Assembly (NCBI GenBank): GCA_963797095.1
Contig: CAWCNY010000002.1
Location: 832,001 to 896,000, forward strand
Direction: 5' to 3'
DNA: 64,000 nucleotides
DNA from: an uncultured Chloroflexia bacterium
GTDB taxonomy: Bacteria; Chloroflexota; Chloroflexia; QHBQ01; JADMIH01
Position numbers and translations under genes: made by a program. This document shows, piece by piece, positions 10,243-18,337 of the stretch (position 1 is its first letter; each line of letters begins with the position of its first letter). The notes under the pieces were generated by a model, which was given only the letters and a program-made list of their open reading frames with translations, was not told where the DNA came from and made no database searches.

Positions 10243-10314
10243 AGGTGTAGATGGGCGGCGTTTCCCACCGCCTTAACTGACTTTGCATCCCCCCTGGTCA
10301 ACACACTCAAATCA

Positions 10315-10343
10315 TTGACACCTTACACCCCTGCTGGTATGAT
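10315..10343 (+). promoter_or_regulatory. Sigma70-type promoter
   Basis: TTGACA-N17-TATGAT upstream of the 10367 CDS. Confidence 0.72.
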
Positions 10344-10366
10344 CTATAGTAGGGAGGGATTGCCTT

Positions 10367-10987
10367 GTGATTACCAATGACGAACAAAACAACTCCGAAA
10401 CGGAGCCGGACGAACATACAGAAGATGATCTCGACACTCTCCAGCCACTGCTGGTGCTCGCGACCGCCTTGCTGGATACTGATCGCCTTCGGATCGTGGG
10501 CCTACTGGCCGGGGCCCATGCCAATCGCATGGAACTGGCCCAGGCAACCGGCCTCTCCCACAAAGAGCTACTGCATCACCTCGATACCCTCCAGAGCTTC
10601 GGCATAGTCAAGCTTCAGGAGCCCGCCCCCCGCGAGCCCGATCCCTACAGCCGCTACGAGCTAAACGCCGAGACCTTCAGGCAAGCCCGTCAAGCCATGG
10701 GCAAGTTCAAGGGCGTACGCAAGCGCCCCTCCGATACCAGGTTAATGATCCTGGAAACATTTATGCCTAACGGCAAGTTGACTGCTATGCCCTTGAAGCA
10801 ACCTCAGATAGTCACCATCCTCGAAGAGATAGCCCAGAAGTTCGACCCCGAAAGACAATACTCGGAGCGCGAAGTAAACGTAATATTAGAAGACGTCCAC
10901 GAAGACTACGTAACAATCCGCCGCTATCTGGTAGACTACGGCTACCTCAACCGCACCCGCGATGGCAGCGTCTATAGAAAGTCATAA
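10367..10987 (+). CDS. wHTH + DUF2087 domain protein
   Basis: N-terminal ArsR-like HTH (RLRIVGLL...LAQATGLS); C-terminal YSEREVN...DYVTIRRYLVDYG. Confidence 0.8.
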   Translation: MITNDEQNNSETEPDEHTEDDLDTLQPLLVLATALLDTDRLRIVGLLAGAHANRMELAQATGLSHKELLHHLDTLQSFGIVKLQEPAPREPDPYSRYELNAETFRQARQAMGKFKGVRKRPSDTRLMILETFMPNGKLTAMPLKQPQIVTILEEIAQKFDPERQYSEREVNVILEDVHEDYVTIRRYLVDYGYLNRTRDGSVYRKS

Positions 10988-11069
10988 CGAGTACCGAGTG
11001 CCGAGTACCACGAAGTACGCAATACGAAGTACGCAGTAAGCAGTAAAACCAGCGCCAACAGGATCACCA

Positions 11070-12050
11070 ATGGAAATAAAGCTAGCAAAAGAAATGGGCA
11101 TGTGCTTCGGGGTCAAGATGACCCTCGACCAGATCGATGATGCCATCAAAACCCGCGAAGGGATCGATACGCTCGGCACGCTCGTCCACAACCCTCAGCT
11201 TGTGGACAAACTGAGCGGCCAGCACATAGAAGTGGTGAACGGCCTTGAAGACGCCCGTAACAAGACCGTGGCGGTCACCGCCCACGGCGCGGCCCCCGAA
11301 GTATACCGCCGCGTGCAGGCCCAGGGCCTTGAACTGCTCGACACCACCTGCCCCCTCGTCACCCGCGTGCAGCAGCTTGCCAAAAAGCTCATGCAGGAAG
11401 GAGATTGGGTGATCGTCTACGGCGACGCTCCCCACCCCGAAGTCAAAGGCATCCTCGGCTGGGCCAACTCTATCTTCGACGAGCTACCCGAGGAAGGCGC
11501 AACAAGCGAAGACGGTGACAAGAAAGACACAAGCAAAGTGCGTAGCTGGAACGCCCGCCGCGCCATCTGCGCCAAGAGCATTGAAGAGATCGAGGCCGCC
11601 CTGGCCGCCGACGGCACCCCCGCCGCCAAGATACGCAAGATCGCCATCGTATCGCAGACCACCCAGAACACCGAGTGGTTCAAGGCCTTCGTGCGCGATG
11701 TGGTCTCGCGTTTCCTCGAATTCGGCTGCGAGGTCCACGCCCACAATACCATCTGCCTGCCCACCGCCAAACGCCAGCCCGCCGCCGTCGATCTCGCCAA
11801 AGAAGTAGACATAATGATCGTGGTCGGTGGCTACGAGTCGGCCAACACCCGCCATCTTCGCGATATCTCAGCCGAGTTCTGCCCCGCCTACCACATTGAG
11901 CGCCCTGAGCAGCTACATGAAGAGTGGTTCCACGGCGTCAAAACAGTGGGTGTAACAGCCGGAGCCTCCACCCCCGACTATGTAATCAAGGAAGTAGTAG
12001 ACGCCCTCGAAGCCCTCGATGAGCGCATGAAAGCCGCGCCCGCCTCCTAA
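11070..12050 (+). CDS. ispH: 4-hydroxy-3-methylbut-2-enyl diphosphate reductase
   Basis: CFGV, HN, AHG, TCP, HPE, QTT, TIC, SAN and AGASTP motifs. Confidence 0.95.
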   Translation: MEIKLAKEMGMCFGVKMTLDQIDDAIKTREGIDTLGTLVHNPQLVDKLSGQHIEVVNGLEDARNKTVAVTAHGAAPEVYRRVQAQGLELLDTTCPLVTRVQQLAKKLMQEGDWVIVYGDAPHPEVKGILGWANSIFDELPEEGATSEDGDKKDTSKVRSWNARRAICAKSIEEIEAALAADGTPAAKIRKIAIVSQTTQNTEWFKAFVRDVVSRFLEFGCEVHAHNTICLPTAKRQPAAVDLAKEVDIMIVVGGYESANTRHLRDISAEFCPAYHIERPEQLHEEWFHGVKTVGVTAGASTPDYVIKEVVDALEALDERMKAAPAS

Positions 12051-12059
12051 TACTACTTT

Positions 12060-12476
12060 TCATGATCCCGCTTGCGGGATCGCCCCAAGCTGCCTCAGCA
12101 TCCCCAGTTGATCCCAGTTATCCCAGTGCTCTGCGTACTTCCCGTTCTCCATGCGCACAATGTCGATCCCCGTCACCGACACCTTGTTGCCCGTCGGTGG
12201 TATCCCAAGTAGCTCACCTTTGTGCGTGGCCGCGAAAGACCAGCGCGCTACGCTCTTATCCCCCGACGTGATCAAGTCCTCAAGAGTAAAGTGCGCATCC
12301 GGGAAAGCGTTCAAAAGCATGGTGAAGAACTGCTTCGCCCCTTCACGCCCCGGTGGCACGCCCGGGCTGTGCTGAATATAGTGTGCCGCGATAATATCGT
12401 CTAGCGCATCGATATCCCCGCTATTCATAGCATCAATGAACCGCACTACCGGGTTCACATCTGTCGTAGCTACCAT
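12060..12476 (-). CDS. SnoaL-like ester cyclase
   Basis: AFPD, THKGELLGIPPTG, EHWDNWD motifs. Confidence 0.88.
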   Translation of the reverse strand: MVATTDVNPVVRFIDAMNSGDIDALDDIIAAHYIQHSPGVPPGREGAKQFFTMLLNAFPDAHFTLEDLITSGDKSVARWSFAATHKGELLGIPPTGNKVSVTGIDIVRMENGKYAEHWDNWDQLGMLRQLGAIPQAGS

Positions 12477-12507
12477 CTTGATATCCTCCTATCACTGTTA
12501 GCGTCTG

Positions 12508-12975
12508 CTAAACAGCAGCCCCCGTGCGATCTCCTTCAAGCAACCTTGCTTCCATCAGGACCTTCAAGTTCTCCAGGTCGGTCTGGAACTGCCTCTTTGC
12601 TGCCTTCTGGAAGATCGGCGCAGTCAGCTTGAAGAAGCCTCCTGTCTCCCCTTCCACTATCATGGTCACCTTCGTTCCCTCGCCCTTCGTCTCAAACGAA
12701 TAGTGGAACTCGAACGGGAACGGTCCCCCCTCCGACTTGAGCGAAAATCTCATGGGCGCATCATATTCGCTGATCACCGAATCTGATTCCACTGTCCGCC
12801 CCAGGAATCGCGTTGCCTGGTGGAATCTGCTGCCTGCCTGCACAGGCTCGCTCGTCAGCATTCTGCTGTCAATTACGCCGGATACCCACTGTTTCGTCTT
12901 ATAGACCCTGCTGATGGCATCAAACACTTCCTCTATCGGCCTGTTGATGGCGACACTTGCTTCCACGTAAATCAT
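12508..12975 (-). CDS. SRPBCC-family protein
   Basis: INRPIEEVF start and DLENLK end; AGGAG RBS before ATG at 12975. Confidence 0.8.
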   Translation of the reverse strand: MIYVEASVAINRPIEEVFDAISRVYKTKQWVSGVIDSRMLTSEPVQAGSRFHQATRFLGRTVESDSVISEYDAPMRFSLKSEGGPFPFEFHYSFETKGEGTKVTMIVEGETGGFFKLTAPIFQKAAKRQFQTDLENLKVLMEARLLEGDRTGAAV

Positions 12976-13145
12976 GACTTCTGTTCTCCTTGAAGATATC
13001 TGAGCTAAAAACAAAACGCCTCTGTGAGCCGCCGGCATTCACTACCGCCATTCTCAACAAAGGCATTTTGATCCTATCAGGTGTCCACCCGCAAGGTCAT
13101 ATTCTGCTCATTCTCTATTCAGTTGTATTCCACCAACCTACCCGT

Positions 13146-13640
13146 CTACATATGGCAGGACGACAGCCCGCGCTTCTCAAGGTACTGCTGGTGGTAATCC
13201 TCGGCGCGGTAGAACGGCCCGACCGCCACGATCTCAGTCACAATCGGCTTGCGCCACTTACCGCTAGCCTCAAGCGCCGCCTTCGATGCTCGTGCCTCCT
13301 CCTCCTGCTCAGGCGAATGGAAGAAGATAGCCGACCTGTACTGCGTTCCGATGTCCCAACCCTGGCGGTTCAGAGTGGTAGGGTTATGGTTGTCCCAGAA
13401 CACCCGCAACAGGTCTTCGTAAGACACTCTTGCGGGGTCGTAAGTGACCTCCACCACCTCGGCGTGCCCGGTCCGACCGGAGCAAACATCCTTATAAGTG
13501 GCATTAGGGTAGTTGCCCCCGCTATATCCGACAGCAGTAGCCACTACACCCTTGATCTGCCGAAAAGACGCCTCAACACCCCAGAAGCACCCTGCTCCAA
13601 ATGTAGCCTTCTGCAATGTACCGTTTATTGTATTCTCCAT
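13146..13640 (-). CDS. msrA: Peptide-methionine (S)-S-oxide reductase
   Basis: [25 protein letters not shown] motifs. Confidence 0.96.
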   Translation of the reverse strand: MENTINGTLQKATFGAGCFWGVEASFRQIKGVVATAVGYSGGNYPNATYKDVCSGRTGHAEVVEVTYDPARVSYEDLLRVFWDNHNPTTLNRQGWDIGTQYRSAIFFHSPEQEEEARASKAALEASGKWRKPIVTEIVAVGPFYRAEDYHQQYLEKRGLSSCHM

Positions 13641-13663
13641 CTTCTAAATCTCCTATCTTACCC

Positions 13664-13776
13664 GGTAGTCGGTAGTCGGTAGTCGGAACTCAAATGCCTC
13701 TCAACCGACTACCGACTACCGACTACCGACTACCGACTACCGACTACCGACTACTGACTACTGACTACCGACTACC
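13664..13776. repeat. Inverted heptamer arrays (GGTAGTC)n ... (GACTACC)n
   Basis: About 3 units at 13664-13686 face about 10 units at 13704-13776. Confidence 0.9.
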
Positions 13777-14172
13777 ATCCCTATCCAACTTCAACGCCGC
13801 CGAATTGATGCAATACCGCAACCCTGTCGGTCGCGGGCCATCGTCGAATACATGCCCCAGGTGCGCATCGCATGTGCTGCACAGCACTTCGGTGCGCCGC
13901 ATCCAGAAGCTGTTGTCCGATTCCGTTTCCACGTTCTCCTCATTAATAGGCTTGTAGAAGCTGGGCCACCCGGTCCCCAACTCGAACTTCGCATCCGAGC
14001 TAAACAACTCCGCGCCGCAGCATACACACCTGTAAACTCCCTTGTCATGCGTGAAGGCATATTCGCCCGTAAAGGCGCGTTCTGTGCCCTTCTGGCGGGC
14101 GATCCGGTACTGCTCCGGCGTGAGCAACACTCTCCATTCGCGGTCACTCTTTACTATCTTACTCTTCTCCAT
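13765..14172 (-). CDS. msrB: Peptide-methionine (R)-S-oxide reductase
   Basis: GTERAF, GWPSF, HLGHVF, RYCINS and two CxxC zinc motifs. Confidence 0.96.
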   Translation of the reverse strand: MEKSKIVKSDREWRVLLTPEQYRIARQKGTERAFTGEYAFTHDKGVYRCVCCGAELFSSDAKFELGTGWPSFYKPINEENVETESDNSFWMRRTEVLCSTCDAHLGHVFDDGPRPTGLRYCINSAALKLDRDGSR

Positions 14173-14339
14173 ATAATTGCCTCCATAATTCGGACGTTAT
14201 AGTCCTCATAGTTATTGTATACCTTAATCATTACGCATCTATTGCGTACATTGGGGCATTATTACACTTTCGCACGCATTCAAAAACCGTGTGTAGAGGC
14301 GTTCTCTACCGCACCTGGCTGCGTCCCTAAATCGACCGC

Positions 14340-15248
14340 TCAAAGGATGAATTCACCCCGCCCCATGTAATGGCACTGCCCGCCGACGCGTGCCGCCGTG
14401 TACTCACCACCCTCGCTATCTACCTCTATATGAATATAGCTGGGGCGACCTATCTCCAGTCCCTGCTCGCTAACAATATGTGCGTCAGGCGCTGCTATCC
14501 CGTAATGGACAAGGTACGCACCCAGCGGGCCGCTTGCCGCCCCCGTCGCCGGGTCCTCCGTGATGCCCAGCCCCGGCGCGAACATCCGGCTGTGCACCGT
14601 CGATCCAGCCGTTTCCACCTCTTGCGTGAACGCGAATAGCCCATCCGCCTCGTACTGCTGCACCAATTGCCTGCAAGCCCCTGAGTTCAGACTTATTCCT
14701 TTGGTATCGGCCAACCTGTTTAACGGCACATACAGGAACGGCACGCCCGTCGAAACGACCTGCACAGGATACCGATCCGAAATAGCCTCTTCCGGCAGCG
14801 ATAACGCCTCCCGCACCAACACATGGTCCTCGATAATGGTCCCGAACTGAGGCTTCGGCTGCGTCATCCATATCATAGATGGCTCGTCCCCTTCACCGTC
14901 GTAATTTATCCTGACCGGGATGTCACCCACCACTTCCTCAAGCACCGCCAAAGTTGGATTGCCTGTCTTCGCAATAAGCCCCACTCGTGACAGCACATAG
15001 GTCGTGCCGACAGTGGGGTGCCCCGCCATCGGCAGTTCCTTGTCAGGCGTGAATATCTGCACCCGAAAATCGTTAGCCGCGTTCGAGGGCGGCAGCACAA
15101 AGGTTGTCTCCGACAGGTTTAGCTCTTTCGCCAGCCGTGGTCTCAACTCCGAAGGCACCTGCACCCCTTCCGTAAACACCGCAAGTTGGTTGCCTCCAAA
15201 CGCCCGCTCGGTAAACACATCTACTAAATGGTAAGGATAGCTCGACAT
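14340..15248 (-). CDS. PhzF-family isomerase
   Basis: [30 protein letters not shown] motifs. Confidence 0.92.
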   Translation of the reverse strand: MSSYPYHLVDVFTERAFGGNQLAVFTEGVQVPSELRPRLAKELNLSETTFVLPPSNAANDFRVQIFTPDKELPMAGHPTVGTTYVLSRVGLIAKTGNPTLAVLEEVVGDIPVRINYDGEGDEPSMIWMTQPKPQFGTIIEDHVLVREALSLPEEAISDRYPVQVVSTGVPFLYVPLNRLADTKGISLNSGACRQLVQQYEADGLFAFTQEVETAGSTVHSRMFAPGLGITEDPATGAASGPLGAYLVHYGIAAPDAHIVSEQGLEIGRPSYIHIEVDSEGGEYTAARVGGQCHYMGRGEFIL

Positions 15249-15291
15249 TTGTTACTCCCTTCAACCCGCAATAGAAACCAGGAACCAGGCA

Positions 15292-16014
15292 CTACTTACT
15301 CGCCTCATACAATCCTACAGCTACCGCCACCGGGAGGTTCAGCGAATCGATCTTCGTGCTGTGTGGGATGGTGACAGGTGTACCGATCTCCCTGTACGTC
15401 TCAGGCAACCCTGCTGACTCGTTGCCGAAAATAAGCGTGAATGGCCGCTCAAGCCGTGCTGTACTCAATCTCACACTCTCTCCCGTCATAAAGGGATAAA
15501 GCCTCCGCGAAGCAATCCCATACACGGCTCTATAACCCTCAAAATCCTCAAAGTACTGGAAGTCAATATCAAACAGCGCTCCCATCGAGGCCCTCACCAC
15601 TCGCGGGTCAAAAATATCGGCGGCAGGTCGCACCAACCCCAGGTTAGTAACCCCAAACCCCACCATAGTGCGAATGATCGTGCCCAGGTTGCCCATATCC
15701 GAAGGGTTCACCAGCAGCACATGGTCGGCCTCGTCCTTCAGCCTGCTCTCATACTTGCGGAACACCCCCACCACATAAGCATTCTCTTTAGGAGCCAACC
15801 GCTCCACGGCCCTTGTATTGATCTCAAAAGCTATTCCACGCTTACTACACAGGTCGTCCAGCTTCGCCACGCCCTTGTTCCGCAGTCCCGCCTCGCTCAC
15901 CAGCACCCTGATCACAACATCCGGCCTGTGTTGCACCAACTCCACCGTAGGAAACACCCCAAACGTATACGAGTGCCCGAGCTCCTTCTTATACGATTTC
16001 AGCGGAACATCCAT
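15292..16014 (-). CDS. TrmH/SpoU RNA methyltransferase
   Basis: GNLGTIIRT, FGNESAGL, SLNLPVA motifs; start placed at MDVPLK. Confidence 0.88.
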   Translation of the reverse strand: MDVPLKSYKKELGHSYTFGVFPTVELVQHRPDVVIRVLVSEAGLRNKGVAKLDDLCSKRGIAFEINTRAVERLAPKENAYVVGVFRKYESRLKDEADHVLLVNPSDMGNLGTIIRTMVGFGVTNLGLVRPAADIFDPRVVRASMGALFDIDFQYFEDFEGYRAVYGIASRRLYPFMTGESVRLSTARLERPFTLIFGNESAGLPETYREIGTPVTIPHSTKIDSLNLPVAVAVGLYEASK

Positions 16015-16357
16015 AATCACCAACCGCCCCTCGCACAAAGTCACCACCCACCTAAGCGGTATAACGCACCCCAAAATGGGTGTCAAGCCTCACGCGTCCA
16101 GGCGATAGTCTTCTTCCAAAACAGACGGGCGACCCCTAATTCCTACGAACGCTGATCTTGTTCAACGTGAGTTATCCCGCATACGCAATTATTGCATATT
16201 CGAAGACGGGCATCCGGCTCCAAACATGAGACATCCAGAATTTTCGCCGAATGCTCGCAAATATATAATCTGGTTCTAAAAAGAGCAAAATGGGATGAGT
16301 CTTTGTGCGCGAAGGACATAACTTCAGCCCTGCGTTACAATACACCGGGAGGAACCC

Positions 16358-16900
16358 ATGACCAACTCGGGAAACATGGTCTCAGTTGACATAGGCAACA
16401 CTCGCTTCAACTGTCGCGCCGTAGCCGTCATCCTCGACCGCGCCGAGCAGCGCGTTCTGATCCACAGGGCCGAGATCGATGACTTTTGGGCGCTGCCTGG
16501 CGGCAGATTAGAAATAGGCGAAACATCCGCCGAAGCCCTTGTGCGAGAAATGCGCGAAGAACTGGGCGTCGAAGTACAAGTTGAGCGCCTTCTATGGGTA
16601 TCCGAAGAATTCTTCGAGTATGTAAACATCCAATGGCACGGCATCGCTTTCTACTACCTGGCGCGCCTCCCCTCCGACTGCCCCTTCTACGACCAGGACG
16701 TCTGGTCAGGTTCGGAAGACTTCGTGGAAGACATTTTTGTGCCCGAACACCTTCGCGCTGAAGTCAACCATCTGGAATTGATCTTCCAGTGGTACAACCG
16801 CTACCATCTGCACGACCTCAACCTCTACCCGCGCTTCCTCCAAGATCACCTGCGTAACCTACCTGCCTCGCCTGAGCATATCATCCGCAAAGGCGACTGA
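16358..16900 (+). CDS. NUDIX hydrolase
   Basis: GGRLEIGETSAEALVREMREELG Nudix box. Confidence 0.92.
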   Translation: MTNSGNMVSVDIGNTRFNCRAVAVILDRAEQRVLIHRAEIDDFWALPGGRLEIGETSAEALVREMREELGVEVQVERLLWVSEEFFEYVNIQWHGIAFYYLARLPSDCPFYDQDVWSGSEDFVEDIFVPEHLRAEVNHLELIFQWYNRYHLHDLNLYPRFLQDHLRNLPASPEHIIRKGD

Positions 16901-16938
16901 TCCCACAGGCAACAGCACGCTCTAGCCCGATTGCACAA

Positions 16939-16987
16939 GGGGTGCAGGGGTACTCCCCTGACAGGGGGATTGGGGGTGTCCCCCCAA
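16939..16987. repeat. GC-rich REP-like double hairpin
   Basis: CAGGGG-TACT-CCCCTG followed by TTGGGGG-TGT-CCCCCAA. Confidence 0.55.
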
Positions 16988-17058
16988 CTCTACTTCTTCT
17001 TATTGTAAGATTCATGAGGAGAGGTTGGAGTGGGGTCCTTGTCCCCAAAACCGTCCTT

Positions 17059-17123
17059 AAAGTACACCCCAAAACCTGTCCCGTTTTGCCCCACCAAAAG
17101 CATCAACTTAATGAGGGGAAGTC
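17059..17123 (+). repeat. Dispersed repeat, copy 1 of 3
   Basis: AAAGTACACCCCAAAACCTGTCCCGTTTTGCCCCACCA core; matches about 33633-33697 (minus) and 63195-63271. Confidence 0.85.
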
Positions 17124-17173
17124 CAACCACCCACCAACCACACCATCCGAAATCCGAATGAAGGATGTACTTA

Positions 17174-18315
17174 ACTCACCTTACGCAGCCAGGCGAACAG
17201 GTTGAAGTTGGCGGAAGGTATCAAAGGCAACCTGCATGGCACGCAAGTAGATAGTGCTCTTTAGAGCAAAGTGGTTGAGATGATTGGACAGCTTCAACAA
17301 TTCGAGCTTGACGTACCCACACAAAGAGGCAAACAAATGGTTGGTCTGGGTGCACACTGTGTGAGTTGGCGAGCGTTCCAAAGAAGCATTCTGCTTCAGC
17401 GACTTGTGATACTCTTCCACGTTCCACCGTCTCTGGTAGATTGTGGTGATTTGGTCGAAGGTGCATGTCACATCCGAGCACACCAGATACTGGGTGATTT
17501 GACCACCATCTTCGTTTGCGAAGAGTTGCTTGACCAATATCAAGGGGAAGTCTATCCCTTCAAGATAGACCGTCCGCACCTCACCCGTCTCCAGCGGCAC
17601 ACTGTCCACACGCATGTACCAACCCTGTCGTTTGTCTCCCTCGGTAAAGGCCACCTTGCGGTTGGTCTTGAGAGGCATGATGAAATCCCCCTCCAATTCG
17701 ACTTTGACGAAGCGCATATTGTCCGCCGAGGCATACCACACGTCATTGAGCACGAAGTTGAGTACGAAGCGGAACAACACTTGGTTGTGCTTGGCTTGCC
17801 GCAACAACGCCTGATAGTGCTCGTTCTTACTGACCGGATCACGCCGCTTGGTTTTGCCGTCTTTAGGGTCCACATACTGCTCGGTCTTTCTTACCAACCG
17901 AAAACCCACGGGCAGCGACACCTCCAACTCAGGCACATGGTACAAGGCCGAGAGGAAGTTTATCCCCTTGACCGTTGTGCCTTTGGAGTGGTCATAGTGC
18001 CAGGCGATGATGTCGTTCTCATCTGTGTACGGCTTCTCCGAGATGGAGTCGTCCACGATGATGCACCCATCTTCCTGCTCAACGGCTCGCACATGAGGCT
18101 TGACAAAATGCCACAGGTCAGCAGAGGTGAACTCTCCCTTGGAGAGGAAGCGTTGAATGGGGTCATGGCTCACGCTTCCACTCAGCAATGCGCTCAAGCC
18201 CGTGCCGGTGGTCAGACCGAAAGAGCTTATCAGGTAGTCAGTGTACAGATCAAGCAGTTCTTTGTTCGTCATCCCTTTAGTCTACCATTCAACACTTCGG
18301 CTGCGTAAGGTGAGT
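17174..18315 (-). mobile_element. IS701-family insertion sequence
   Basis: Perfect 17-bp TIR ACTCACCTTACGCAGCC / GGCTGCGTAAGGTGAGT enclosing the transposase. Confidence 0.88.
17181..18272 (-). CDS. IS701-family DDE transposase
   Basis: SHDxIxRFL, IIVDDS..EKPY, DVWY, Y.RRWNVEEYHKSLKQ motifs. Confidence 0.9.
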   Translation of the reverse strand: MTNKELLDLYTDYLISSFGLTTGTGLSALLSGSVSHDPIQRFLSKGEFTSADLWHFVKPHVRAVEQEDGCIIVDDSISEKPYTDENDIIAWHYDHSKGTTVKGINFLSALYHVPELEVSLPVGFRLVRKTEQYVDPKDGKTKRRDPVSKNEHYQALLRQAKHNQVLFRFVLNFVLNDVWYASADNMRFVKVELEGDFIMPLKTNRKVAFTEGDKRQGWYMRVDSVPLETGEVRTVYLEGIDFPLILVKQLFANEDGGQITQYLVCSDVTCTFDQITTIYQRRWNVEEYHKSLKQNASLERSPTHTVCTQTNHLFASLCGYVKLELLKLSNHLNHFALKSTIYLRAMQVAFDTFRQLQPVRLAA

Positions 18316-18337
18316 ACATAAGTACGCCTCATTCGAC

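Larger units (their letters stand above)
8628..10296. mobile_element. ISAs1-type MITE (about 185 bp when the inner IS is removed), interrupted by ISAs1
   Basis: Reconstructed left end AAGGGAGGATGCAAAGTC and right end GACTTTGCATCCCCCCTG; flanking direct repeats GTCAACACAT (8618-8627) and GTCAACACAC (10297-10306). Confidence 0.75.

Noticed and set aside
13664-13776. Tandem arrays as a CRISPR locus
   Set aside because: Units are 7 bp with no unique spacers, and there are no cas genes in the window.
13146-14172. MsrA/MsrB as additional selenoproteins
   Set aside because: Catalytic residues are ordinary Cys (GCFWG, RYCINS) with no in-frame TGA.
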